This document shows positions 37,839 through 49,491 of a stretch of DNA of 64,000 nucleotides, in pieces. The position numbers and the translations under genes are program-made. How positions within the stretch are numbered: position 1 is the first letter of the stretch; every line of letters begins with the position of its first letter. The notes below the pieces were generated by a model. That model ran no database searches. It saw only the letters and a program-made list of their open reading frames with translations, and was not told where the DNA came from. The DNA comes from Neodothiora populina (taxonomy: Eukaryota), in the NCBI RefSeq assembly GCF_041146345.1, contig NW_027191406.1:682001-746000 (forward strand), in the 5' to 3' direction.

Positions 37839-38832
37839 ATGAACTCCTCCTTTCTGCAATTCGACCCGCGTCGCGTGCGGTCATACCTCTTTCGCCTGCC
37901 GCTATGCACCAGACTATTGGTTGTCGCCATCGTTGCCTTTTACATAGCGAGCCTGACATTACCGTGGTTCACTGCTTGGGCATCTCTGATCCCCAATGAG
38001 ATTGGAATTGCCACTTGTATGCGATTGCCCCTCTGTTACCCTATATGTGCCGCCACTGATCGTCTCGCAGTGTATCGATTGAACACATTCCCTCTTATCC
38101 ATCTGGGCTTTTTCCATATGATCATCAATGTCTTGGCCCTCACTCCTCTGCTTGAGAGGTTCGAGGCGGAGAACGGGTCATTGGTCACTCTTTTATTGTA
38201 TACTGGCCGTCAGTGTTTCATTCCCGCGTGAGCCGCTTCTGGTGGTACACAAACTGACATGTCCACAGCATTCGGCCTCATCCCTGGCTTGATCTACACC
38301 GTCATCGAGCGCTTCATCTTCAGAGGAAACACGAGCATAGCAGGCGCGAGGTGAGTGACTATTTCTCTGTCGCCTCCTCCGACACTTGAGACTGACGCAA
38401 CCCGCTAGTATCTGGGTCTTCTTGCTCCTGTCTGTCGAAGCCGTCAAGACATACAAGACGAATCCATTCTTCGCTCTCGGCCCCTACAACATCCCTACGT
38501 GGACGACCCCCCTGATTGCAAACGTCGTCGTTGCTGTCCTGGTCCCGAACACGAGCTTCATCGGGCACTTGTGCGGGTGTGTGGTTGGTTACCTTTGGGG
38601 GTTTGGCTACATCCGCTTCCTTGCACCCCCCGAGAAGATCCTGAGATTCATTGAGGGAAAACTCAACCTTCTCGGTCGCATTCCTCATTATGTGTCCGTC
38701 GACCAGAAGACATTCGGAAGATACGGCGTTCTGCCCTCGACATCGACATCACCCAGAACGGCACCCATCCTCGCCAATCCTGTCGGCCCTACACCAACAT
38801 ATGTCGCCACGTCGCAACGATTGGGTCCTTGA
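37839..38832 (+). CDS. RBD2: Rhomboid intramembrane protease
   Basis: Exons 37839-38016, 38071-38208, 38269-38350 and 38409-38832. Motifs: YRLNTFPLIHLGFFHMIIN, catalytic GA|S across intron 3, and SFIGHLCG. Confidence 0.9.
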
Positions 38833-38907
38833 AAAATTGCCCACGCCATGTCAAAGAAAATACAGCTTTAGTCAAGATAAATAATTATGTAATAATTCAT
38901 GCAAGAA

Positions 38908-39698
38908 CTAGTCCTCTAGTTTGGGAACGATGCTTTCCAACCACACAAGAAGGTCCTGCAGCACAACAGGCGAAAGAGCATGGCCCAGGTCTGGGTATTC
39001 CTTCAACTCCAGAGCCGAGCCGAAGCCGAGCTCCTTGAGTTTGCCCACAGTCTCATCCCATCTGGTGTGAGGAATGAGCCTGTCTTGGCCACCACGACCG
39101 AGAAAGAGCGGGACTTCGCCAACAACATGCGGCAAGCCGGCTTCGGAGCGCATGGCTTGGATCTTGTCTGGTAGAGGAAGATATCCCATGAGGCCTGCGA
39201 TGCCCGCAAAGCGACCCGAGTGACGTGATGTCAGTTCGGTCAACAGTGAAAGGGCGCAGCCTTGTGAGAAGCCGGCGAGCACGATGCGGTTTGTCGGGAT
39301 ACCCTTGGAACAGAGACCATCCACCAGCGATTCCACATACGCCACGCTCTTGCGCAGGCCCTCTTCGTCCTCTTCCTCCGCTAGCTCCGGTCTTCCTGCA
39401 GGCGTCGCCCTCAGCGGCGTGGGATTGTACCAAGCGTTCTGTCTGGCATCGTGATTGTGAGGAGCATTTGGGAAGATCCACTGCAGATAAGGCAGCTTGT
39501 TTGCACGTTGAAACTGGTTGGCAATGTCTGACCGAGTTAGTTTTGCCTTTGGTCAAGTGTGCATGTCCTACCTTCCCAGCCGTGGGCATCATCGTCTAAG
39601 CCATGTAAAAATATAATGGCAGCCGAGTGGGCAGGATCTTGCGTAGGTGATTGCGCAGGCTTGATGATGGGGCAGTCTCTCTGCTGTCCGTAAGACAT
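38908..39698 (-). CDS. Phospholipase/carboxylesterase (acyl-protein thioesterase family)
   Basis: Exons 39698-39572 and 39527-38908. Motifs: IIFLHGL, WIFPNAP, AWY, GFSQG nucleophile motif, GGQDRLIP, YPDLGH. Confidence 0.9.
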
Positions 39699-39897
39699 GT
39701 CGAATGATAGAGGTGAAGGTGGTGGACGGATGGGAAGGGGAGCGTAAAGTGACATGGTATTAAATGGAACTCTAATTCTACGATTCGTATGAATAACATA
39801 TGGCAAACTGTACTGTAGCTTGGAGAGCAGTATTGAACCCCTCCACCCCTCCTCCTCGGCTCGAATGTGACGATGATGAGGTAAGGTAGGTCTCCAG

Positions 39898-39938
39898 ATC
39901 ATCATCACCATCACCACCACCACCACCACCACCACCAC
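39898..39938. repeat. (ATC)n/(ACC)n compound microsatellite
   Basis: atcatcatcaccatcaccaccaccaccaccaccaccacc. Confidence 0.85.
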
Positions 39939-40267
39939 CTTTCTTAGCTACGGTAAGCTACCCTTGGCTGAACAGACCTCTCGAGTCGCCGAGTGCCACC
40001 AGTACACTGTGGCTCACTCCACTTTGTTTCATCATGTCATCGGTAGTTTGCGGATGGGGCTACGAAAATCACAAGGTGAGGCCGGCCAACAGCCCAGAGG
40101 ATCAACGACTTTGGTCAAAACACTGGAAAAAGAAACTCCCATTGGACCGTCGGTCGTGTCAACCCACCCCCGCTTTCCCGCTACTCGACTTAACAGAAAC
40201 AATCAAGCGTACTATGTGAGCTGCGGTAGAGTTAGTGGTGGGCGCAGCACTTTGTACTAGAGTACTA

Positions 40268-40325
40268 GCAGCAACAGCAGCAGCAGAGATGGCAGAAGCA
40301 TCATCATCACTATCATCATCATCAA

Positions 40326-40388
<63 letters not shown>
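40268..40388. repeat. Compound microsatellite: short (CAG)n followed by ~30 units of (CAT)n
   Basis: gcagcaacagcagcagcag at 40268-40286; near-perfect CAT repeat at 40299-40388. Confidence 0.95.
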
Positions 40389-40663
40389 TCGATTTCGGGA
40401 TGAGTCGGTGGATGACGGAAGTCATTCGATTCGACTTGCGGGACCCATTTGTTCTCTTGACTCGTGGGGTTTTTGTGGTTCTCGACTTTGATAATGCGGT
40501 GTGGTGACAGAGTGAGATGGTAGTACAGTAGACTACCTACCTAGTAGTCCATGCCTGCCCGCATTTTCAGATAGTACTCTATCACATGTCAGATCTCCGC
40601 AGTTGTGCTTGCTGTGAACAGATATATTCATCTCTCTTCTTTCTCTTTCTGGACCCAACGCGA

Positions 40664-40704
40664 ACATGACACGACACTACACACGACATGACATGACACG
40701 ACAC
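40664..40704. repeat. Pentanucleotide repeat (ACAYG)n upstream of VPS71
   Basis: acatgacacgacactacacacgacatgacatgacacgacac. Confidence 0.75.
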
Positions 40705-40752
40705 GCTGCAATCAAACATCAACAATAGATAGGAAATTAAATTATTATTTTA

Positions 40753-41754
40753 ATGCCGCACATCGAAGAACTACCCACGACCGCAAAAGCCGCAGCGCCA
40801 GGCTACAGCTACGTGGTCGACAATGGCTACGACCCGTCCAAAGTCGCCATCAACCCGACGAACCGCAAGCGCGTGCGCATCTCTACAACTGGCGCAGCAG
40901 CGGGACCGAGTGCGGGCGACTTGAGCGTGCGGCAGCAGACGGCCATCCAGAGACAACTAGACGAACTGGACAAGGACAGCCATCGGGCTGTCAACATCGC
41001 GCTGCCGAGACGCAATGATGGAGCAGGCGCAAGGAAGAAGCAGACGACGAATGTCAAGCGCATCATGAACTCCGGCAAGGACTTTTCGCATTATCTCGAG
41101 GAAGAGGAGGCGGCGTTGGCCATGAGGGGTGGTGGTGCTGGAGAGACTGGGGGTTCAGATGCGCCAGTGACGAACACGACTGGTATTGGCGCTGTGTCGT
41201 TGTCGTCGTCGTCGACTGATCCACCGCCGAAGCCACCGCCTCGAGCCTCCAAGACTCCCATCGCCAGACGGAAGAGCGCCATCGTGCCAACTGCGACCAA
41301 TACCAGTGGCGAGTCTAGTCCTGCGCCTACGCCGGCTTCTGCGAAGACTATGCTGCCTCCTCCTCCTCCGGCCTCGGCCTCTTCTGCTGCTGCTGCTGCT
41401 GCATCTCAACCCACGACAAAAGACCTACCACCCACAAGACCCACTGCTTCTTCGGCGCCTACGTCTACGTCTACTGTCCCACGATCAGACCTCCTCCTCG
41501 CACCAATCCACCCCACCCCACCACCCACAACCGCTGAAATAGAAAGCCTGCTCTCCGCCTCACGTCTACGCTACTCCGCGGCGAGATCCGCTCCCCCGCC
41601 TGCTCTTCTCGCAGGTTCAGCGCGGCCTCCTCGTCGCGTCTTCTGCGAGATTTGCGGCTATTGGGGCAGAGTCAAGTGCATGAAATGCGGGGCCAGGGTC
41701 TGTGGGTTCGAGTGTCAGAGTGCGCATGATGAGAGTAGATGTATCAGGTTTTGA
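40753..41754 (+). CDS. VPS71: SWR1 complex subunit Vps71/Swc6 (HIT-type zinc finger)
   Basis: Intronless 333-aa ORF with N-terminal RQLDELDKDS..KQTTNVKRIMNSGKDFSHYLEEEE and C-terminal PPRRVFCEICGYWGRVKCMKCGARVCGFECQSAHDESRC. Confidence 0.85.
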   Translation: MPHIEELPTTAKAAAPGYSYVVDNGYDPSKVAINPTNRKRVRISTTGAAAGPSAGDLSVRQQTAIQRQLDELDKDSHRAVNIALPRRNDGAGARKKQTTNVKRIMNSGKDFSHYLEEEEAALAMRGGGAGETGGSDAPVTNTTGIGAVSLSSSSTDPPPKPPPRASKTPIARRKSAIVPTATNTSGESSPAPTPASAKTMLPPPPPASASSAAAAAASQPTTKDLPPTRPTASSAPTSTSTVPRSDLLLAPIHPTPPPTTAEIESLLSASRLRYSAARSAPPPALLAGSARPPRRVFCEICGYWGRVKCMKCGARVCGFECQSAHDESRCIRF

Positions 41755-42849
41755 AGCGAAGAACAAGACTGTCACCAAGACATTTCGGATGGCAGAGGAG
41801 GAGAATGGCGAGGAAAAACTACTGTTGTGGTTTCTGAGTACTCGGCATTTCTCTCTCTTCCTGCTACTCAATTATATCAAGGAGAGTAAGGAGCGTCTAA
41901 TGTTAGGTTCATTCATCTCTCCCTGTCTTCATACGGGAACCCGTCTTGCGGTCGATGTCACGGTTGACCCACTCCTCGCTTCAGATGCCTCGACAGCTGA
42001 AGGAGGCCTTGATGTATCTTGTTAGTTCAAGACGACTGCACGCTGTGCGATGAACAGTCCAGTACACCACTCTACAACATATCAGACCTCTGCGTCTGCT
42101 TGGTTCCTGTTCTGTCAGAAACAAGAAAGGTGCAGGATGCACGGTGAATAAAGTAGATGCTTGGCCAGGACTCGGTGTCTTCAGGGTTTTCTTTGAAAGG
42201 ATGCGACAGGAGCTAGCAGCTGTGCAGTCTAGCTTGGTAGAAGCTACTGCTGTGATATATTGCAGCGGTAATCAGATCATGAGGTGTACCTAAGGTACCT
42301 TGCCTCAATGTGCAGAAGGTTCAGGTGCGGCACGGTGCCAGCGCAACACACGCAGAGAAATTGCAATACCGTGCAACGTGGAGATAGTGTGCAGTACAGA
42401 GCGGAGATTACTAAAAAGAAGGGGAGATGTTGTCATATACAATTAAATGTGTTATCAAGCCTGTCACCTTTGGGCTACCAGACATACGTTACCGTAGCAC
42501 AAGAAAGTACTCTTGGTTATCTCCAACGGTCGCAGTGAAGGCTTCTTGTAGTCGGTGGTAGCAGTGTAAAAGGGAGATACCCGAAAAAGAAAAGAGAAAT
42601 GCCCAAAAATTCATTACGCTCCCCCCCCCCCACCCAAAAAAAACCGCAAACAGGAAACTCCGATAGTTCTGCCAAACCAAACCAACGATGATCCTCTGAA
42701 AGATGAAGGAAGTGACGCCGATCAACACCGCCATGACACAGCATACAAGACTCGTCTGTCTAGCCAAATTGTCCTTTTCTTTGGTCTCAAGAGACACCGC
42801 TATCGCAATGGAACAGAGCGGAAAGTGGTGGACAGAAGAAGGAAACAGC

Positions 42850-43936
42850 TCATCTCTGGCTCTGGCGAAGCTTCTGAATTTCCTCCCTCACGCTGCCTCC
42901 ACTAGCTCTCCACCAGACATCACCGCCCCAGCGAAGCAATCTCTCGCATGCAGCGGTGGGAGTGTCGACGGCGGGTCTGACATCCAGAAAGAAAACCGGC
43001 TCGCCCGTGGGCTCGGGAGGACCAGAGTAGTAATCGATGACATAGCGCCTCTCGGACTCATTGCCGTCGAAATCGAATCGTCGCACGTACCAGTCGTGGC
43101 GATCAAAGGGGGGCTCGGTGTTGTATTTGGCGGGGTATAGCCACCCCAAGACTTGCATCATGCGTGCCTTGGGTGTGATCTCGTCCGGGCGTCCCATGAA
43201 GCGCACGAGAGATGGGTCCTGCCATTTGATCTCGCCTTGGCGGGCTGCGGCCAGACGTTCCTTTCGCTCTATGAGCTCCGTCACGAGCGGGGCATTCTCT
43301 TCTCCTCGCCGCGAGATTTGCCATCCGCGCGCCAGTCCGCCGCCGAATCGGCGCTCCCAGTCGTAAATCTCCGCCCAGGCGCCTTCATTGAGGAAGTTGT
43401 GCACAGCCACCATGGACTCGACGTGCTCGGCGGGTGTGTCTGTGTAGCCCTTGCGCAGCATGGCGTTGTACATTTGCTGAGGAGAAGGGTATTCCCACAT
43501 TCCGGTGCCGTCGCCACGCGGGATGGTGGATGCCTCACGGTCGAGAGGGAGATTGACACTCTGGTTGTCGGCGCGCTCGTTGGAGATGACCTTGGGCATG
43601 TAATTGAGCGGATTCAGCTTCGAAAGGGTCGAGGCATTGCGCGGTGGTGTGGTTTGCTTGTCGTCTGGTCCCTTTTCAGGTGGTACATACGGGCAGGCGC
43701 TCGCTGAGGTTGAGGGTTTTGTTACTTCCGTCGGTGCTGGGTTTTTGGGAAGGAGAGGCGTGGAGCCAGACTTGTGCATGGGGCATCCCGGCTGCGAACA
43801 GTGTCAGTATCGTATATCCTCTGTTGCCGCAACACATGCGACCTACCGGAGGAGTAGCACTCATGTCAGCTGGCATTGGGTGCGGCGCAAGTGGCGCTGA
43901 CGGCGAAGTGTTTCCATCTGCCCAGAACCAACCCAT
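42850..43936 (-). CDS. CYC3: Holocytochrome-c synthase (cytochrome c heme lyase)
   Basis: Exons 43936-43847 and 43791-42850. MGWFWAD start typical of CCHL; CPM and CPY heme-regulatory motifs; [47 protein letters not shown]. Confidence 0.95.
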
Positions 43937-44347
43937 GACGACTTTGAGGTGTGGAGTGTGGTAAAAGTATGAACACAGAGGCACTCGACGGGTCAGTCTC
44001 AATTATGGAATGACCAGGAAGACCAAGAAAAGAAAATATTAATATCAATCGATAGAGAGGCAAAAAATAACACAAGCCTCACCTTCCTCGTCTCGTACAC
44101 ACAAAAGTTGCTTCTTTCCCCGGCCATAGCAGTGCCAAGCTCCGAATCTAGCCGCTTCCGCATCGTCCTCTCCCGATTGATTACCGCTTGCGCCATTGGA
44201 TTGATGGATTGATTTTCTAGTCTGATATTTCTCCTTGTGCATGCTGTACTGTATACATGACTCGTGCTTTGTTTGACTGTCAATGCAACAATCCACCACT
44301 TCTGATGGACGACGAATGACACACCCCTAGCAACATTCGGGCTTCCC

Positions 44348-45352
44348 TCACGATTCTGCCTTCATGGCTGCGAGGCTTCCCGTTCCTCTGCTCGAGAAAA
44401 TCGCCATGATACCAAAGCCAACATAGAATAGAGCCAAGGGGTAGGCCACCAATCCTCGCATGCCAGTCATCCTTCCCACTGCGCAGAACATGGCGCTGCT
44501 GCTGTACGTGCACCAGCAGATTGCCGCGCTCGTCATGAGATACCCAAATAGCGTGTCCAGGGGTAAACCAATGCCCACAAACGACGTCAGCACGAGCGGC
44601 AAAAGACAATAGCCCAGCACCGAAGCCGATCTCCAGATGGTCAAGGTAGATGATAGATGGCCCTCGGACTGTGAATTGTTTGGGTCTTGCGCTGCTGATG
44701 CCTCAGCCGGTGAGAGAGGTGGCGACATCAAGGACAATATCCAGTGTAGGGAAATGCTGCCCAGAGCCGCGAGGCCGTAGATGTAGCCAAAGTGTAGCTT
44801 GCCGGACTACGCCAGTTAGCTCATTTCAGATTGCTTTTGCATGGATGTATCACACTGACCAGGAGTAAGAAGGTGCCGAACAAAAGAAAAAACAAGATTG
44901 GACCAGCGAGGTCGGAATCATCCATGATGTGCTGATCTATCCTCGCAAGCGGATTCAATACAGTGAGAGTCTGGTGGCACGCCGGCATTAGTATCGTTTA
45001 TAATCGCATGACCCCCCTTCCCCTTCACATGCCTGCTATGACGCCTTACCTTTGTCTTGATGTGTCCAAAGTTCACTCCCAGCTCTTCCAATAGTGGCGG
45101 CTCTCCATCATAACCTTCTGTGCCAAATGCAGCGAGCCAGCCTGTTCTGAGCCCACCTTGCTCTCCCATGCGACCAGACACTCCTGGTTGGCTTCCGAAG
45201 CCACCACCGAATCCGGCTTGTGCTCCACCATTGAAGGCTTGGAAAGGCGTACTCGTTCCTGACACAGGCTGCGTCGAGTAGGTGGAAGGATAGAACTGGA
45301 GGTTTTGCGCAGAGCCGTAGGGCTGTTGTGGTTGTGGTTGATAGTACGCCAT
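44348..45352 (-). CDS. YIP1: ER-Golgi transport membrane protein Yip1
   Basis: Exons 45352-45050, 44970-44860 and 44806-44348. Reads EPPLLEELGVNFGHIKTK|TLTVLNP..DSDLAGP..|SGKLHFGYIYG..SVLGYCLLP..LVAYPLALFY. Confidence 0.95.
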
Positions 45353-46363
45353 AGTTGCCTAGTGATGATGCTGCTGGCACACCCTGTGGGCTGTATCCGC
45401 GGCGTGAGAAGTGTTCGCTGAGGGTCAGGTCGATATGCACAAACAGTATCGCGTTGTATGTCCAGGAGATATAGGGGCACTAGACCTGTAACGACAAAGT
45501 AATTATCTTGGGGATTGTTGTTGTAACATGTGTTTGATACAGCGAGACAGCTATCAACTTTACTGTAGCAGAAACGCCAAGTGTTGTGGGGTCGGTTCTG
45601 CCTACCAAGTATGCCACTATCTACTTTGTCCTGTCGACCCGATCTCCGAGTCCTATTGTCTAATCTCTGCTCATGGCTCCTCTTCTTCGACAACAAGACT
45701 GATACCTGCCTTGCGTTCACTCGCAATACATATAGAGTGCTGTCTGCTGGTCTTGGACAGGGAGGTAGTCTGGTTGCTATAGGTCGACCCATGCGTTGGT
45801 GACCTTGACTATCTGATCATCCTCTTTTTTTTTTACCTCCACGCGGTCGATCGGAATGTCATAACATCTTGTGTAGCCCTGGAAGGACATGGCTTCACAA
45901 AGAGCGAGAGACATCCATGCCAGCTACAGCGGTGTCATCGGTGGATCGTCCTTTGTTTCACCGAGAGGGCTTCTGCTTTTCCCTCCATGACGCTGTTCAA
46001 GATGAAAGAAAGACCACCACCGACGTGCGAGTAGCATCGTCCCTCACTCCCAAAACGGCCACTTTCATAGGCGACAGTTGCCGTCGGAGTCAGTGGCCTG
46101 GTCAGCGACTATGCGTATACTAGATGCGGTGCATATTCGACGATATACTTCCTGAGATCGTCGATTGTCGTGTCATCCCCCGTCACTTTACGCGAGTCCG
46201 ACAAAGCAGCCTTTATGTAAAGGCAAGTCAGAGTCAAACACATAAATGGAGGGTGAGTCTACGTGATGTGAAAAAAGGCCTATTATCTTTTCGTTGCGCA
46301 TACTCCTAGCAAATCACTTTTCTCCATATCGCGGCTTCTTCCTGTACATAATTCTGTCTTGTA

Positions 46364-47389
46364 ATGATGAATAAGATTCTTCACTGGGAGCAGCGCATTG
46401 CTCTCGTCCGTCACAATCTGCACGCGGCTAGTCGCAGTGGTGACTTCACTTTCTTCAAATCACTCCAGGCGCACGGCTTCATGGCCGGTATCAACTATGT
46501 TTCCGCTCTTTCTGCTACACTTGGAGACGAGGCCGATGCCGTGTTAGCAGGACTCGATGATCTCAACGCGTCAATTGCATATATGCACCAGGACGCCTTT
46601 AAGAATGTCTATAACAGTGTCAAAAGCAACTATGTCGAAAACGACAATAGCAGCGCCGATCATTTTGCAGACAAGTCTAGCATCTACGTTGATGCCACCA
46701 TGCAGAAGCAGATGGCCGATCATTCCATATACAAAATGACGAGTTCGGCCATCGCGCTGATTCAGCAGCAAGCTGAGCCGGCTCAAGATGCAGCGGCACA
46801 TGTGTGGATCACTGGCAACACCATTGTCGCTGATGCCATGGAGATATGTCTCAAGCATATCGATCTGCTCGAGAACAACAGGACAGACTTCATCCGCCTT
46901 GAGGATTCTTGGGAGACTGTGAAAGCTTCTGTCTGTCTTTCAACCACATCTCTCAAGGCTGTGTTTAGCTTGATGGCTGTCGAAAACAGCGCCAGTGATT
47001 GTCAGCAACCAAGCACCTCAGTCGGGTCCTTCAATCTCGGTGGAAGCAGTATGTTCAGGCGCTTGTCCAGTGCCTTTTCTGGGGGTTCAAATCCTTCATC
47101 TCGTCGTTCCTCCATGTCGATAGCGCCATCTCCTACAGGACGGAGAGACTCGTCGACGTCCGAGTACAAATCACCAACCTATCTGCGCAACTCGGTGTCC
47201 AGCTCGGTCCCGACTTGTTTGCCTCGTTCCTCGAATCCCTTTTCTCCCACACGGCTCGACACGATTCCACCTACCCCGATGTTCGATGAAGAAGTCAATC
47301 CTTTTGACAATAGCGTTCCTTTGCCGCCTGTTCCTGCTCTGCATGTGCCAGAGAATCGGGTTAGCCAGGCTGTCATGATCTTGATGTAG
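46364..47389 (+). CDS. Hypothetical protein (341 aa): helical N-terminal domain and Ser/Pro-rich tail
   Basis: Long intronless ORF with protein-like composition (IYVDATMQKQMADHSI, AAHVWITGNTIVADAME). No family recognised. Confidence 0.8.
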   Translation: MMNKILHWEQRIALVRHNLHAASRSGDFTFFKSLQAHGFMAGINYVSALSATLGDEADAVLAGLDDLNASIAYMHQDAFKNVYNSVKSNYVENDNSSADHFADKSSIYVDATMQKQMADHSIYKMTSSAIALIQQQAEPAQDAAAHVWITGNTIVADAMEICLKHIDLLENNRTDFIRLEDSWETVKASVCLSTTSLKAVFSLMAVENSASDCQQPSTSVGSFNLGGSSMFRRLSSAFSGGSNPSSRRSSMSIAPSPTGRRDSSTSEYKSPTYLRNSVSSSVPTCLPRSSNPFSPTRLDTIPPTPMFDEEVNPFDNSVPLPPVPALHVPENRVSQAVMILM

Positions 47390-47686
47390 GGTCGTGGTCG
47401 TGGTCGAGGATGTGAATGACCAGTGTACTTTTTTGAGCAATAAACAATTTGGCGGGCATGTACATAGATTTTGTTATATTCTTCACTTTGTTTTTGAGAT
47501 GATGTCTTCTTCTGCGCCTATCTACTGTGAACTTTCTCTAAGGTTAAGCGGGCAGTGTGTCATCTATGTGACATTGCTATCTGCCAAGACTTTACGAAAC
47601 GACAGCATATTACTCTCGTAGTTATAGTTATATAAATACACCATACCACAAACACAACGATCAAAGTAATCAGTATTATAATAGCA

Positions 47687-48925
47687 ATGGGACCGCCAAA
47701 CGAGCCATCGATCTCAATCCGCGAATGGATTAAATGGGCAAGTCATCCCCTGCTCTTCATAATCGTGATAGTAAACAGGCATGACTTACATATATATGCT
47801 CATACACAGATGCCGGACGCAGAAAGCGAGCCAACATCGACTCTAGTCCTGACGTCTTCACGCAAACAATTCGTCGATGTGCGTATCCTCAAGCCCACTC
47901 AGCATGGGGAGCCTGAACTGCCCAGGGAAGGTTTGTGATTTTCTTTCCTTTGCGGTTTTGCCGATTTATTTTTTGTTCTTCAGTGAGGAGATGTCGATAT
48001 GCAGTCTGAGGTATAAGCGATATATGGTTTTATGAGCTGTGATATGCCATTATCAGGATCTCTGTATCTTGTTTCTTCACAGGTGGAAAACAAGAAGCAA
48101 GGAACACTTGAAAAGCAAGTTCAAGCTCAAGAACAACTACTATACGAGGAACTCTATGGGACCAACTCATCTCCTTCTCCCCTTCCCTCTCAAACCTACA
48201 TGACCAAGAACAAGCGCAAGAAAGCACATGACATACCACGCCAAACCAAACCCCCCAACCCATACTAACCACCTCCCCCATCTCAACCAGGCGGCCCCAT
48301 GGCCCGCCTCGAATGGGGCTTCGCAGGACACTCCCACTCAACCATCAGCGACCCGTCCTCGACGCCTCCCACAGTACACTCAACCTGGACGCACACAATC
48401 GACTCCCAGCACAAAGACTGCTCCAACGTCAGCGACTCGGGCGACATGTTCGCGTGCGCAGACGGGATCCACGTGCTCGAGCGCGGCGAGATGGTCAATC
48501 CCGCTACTGGCAAGATGACTGCGTACGAGGAGTTTTGGGCAGATTATCCCGCGGGGTATGTGCGTGAGAGTGGAGAGGAAGAACAGGGCAAGCGGTGGAG
48601 CGTGGTTGTTGCGCTTGAGGAAGCGGATGCGGGCGTCAAGGGCTTGGTCGTCAGAGTCGGCGAGTGGTGTCAGGGGATCATTAGAGTCGGAGACGAGATT
48701 TGCGTTGAGAGGTGGCGGTGGTCTTCGACTTCTGCTTCTGATCCTGCTTCTGGTGAGCGAGGAGGAGGAGAAGAAGAAATCGATAATGGCTGGAGACGAG
48801 TCGCTAGACTGGGCAGGCTCTTCCTGCCTTGCGCCCTCACTTTCATGCCTGCTGGTCTCAAGGAGGGGAGTAAAGTCACGTATGGCGATTATAAATGGGA
48901 GGCGCAGGAGGTGTTCTCGTGGTGA
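47687..48925 (+). CDS. HRI1: Hri1-family protein
   Basis: Exons 47687-47737, 47810-47930 and 48291-48925. Reads SISIREWIKW|MPDAESEPTSTLVLTS..FVDVRILK..RLEWGFAG..WTHTIDS..DSGDMF..LERGEMVNPATGKMTAYEEFW..GLVVRVGEWCQGI. Intron 1 is GC-AG. Confidence 0.85.
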
Positions 48926-49227
48926 GGATGATGAGAATTGGAAGTTGGTTGGATGCTGTGCCGGCTGTCTCTTGCCTCGAAAGAACGCTCGCGATTTGTC
49001 CGTTTGCGGGATACTGGATACTGGATACTGTTTGCTCAACTATCTGACTCCGAGTCTTTGTGCACCACCACCATCAAACTCTCTTCATGAAGCTTTGTTT
49101 CTCATTCTTCCTTCGTATTGCTTAGTTTGTTTCATACATGATTTATTTTTGCGTATTATACTTTTTTTTTCTTCTATCTCATAGGTAGTCGATTATCTCT
49201 CCCGCGGTCATTAAGCTTTACATTGCC

Positions 49228-49491
49228 TTAGGTCAATTCACCAGCGCTGTAGACATGGGTCGAGTTGTACTCGTAATCGCCGACTCGGTGAGGACCGGCC
49301 ATTTCGCAGTGGAGCACACCGTCGGAAATGTTGAAGGTCGGCACGAAAGCGAAACCCGGCTTGATTGTGCGCAGTAAGTTGTCGGGCTGATAGCTGGGGT
49401 CGTAGAGGGTCGTAAGAAAGAGCGTGGCAAAGCGAGATCGAGGATTACCACAAGTAGTTCACCGAACACAAGACACGCAGGACCGCTCCAT
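49228..49491 (-). pseudogene. Probable degenerate remnant of a small fungal protein gene
   Basis: ATG at 49491, in-frame TGA at 49461-49459, then an open, codon-biased frame TLYDPSYQPDNLLRTIKPGFAFVPTFNISDGVLHCEMAGPHRVGDYEYNSTHVYSAGELT ending at TAA 49228. Confidence 0.5.

Noticed and set aside
40159..40507. Poly-Asp (minus) and poly-Ser (plus) ORFs
   Set aside because: By-products of the (CAT)n microsatellite with no other coding signal.
47080..47096. GGTTCAAATCC T-loop/B-box-like word (also GGTTCGAATTC at ~50682)
   Set aside because: Inside coding sequence, with no cloverleaf.
49244..49290. CGCTGTA..GGTCGAG, resembling a fungal SRP RNA 5' end
   Set aside because: No helix-8 motif or T-run terminator; the opposite-strand coding relic explains the sequence better.
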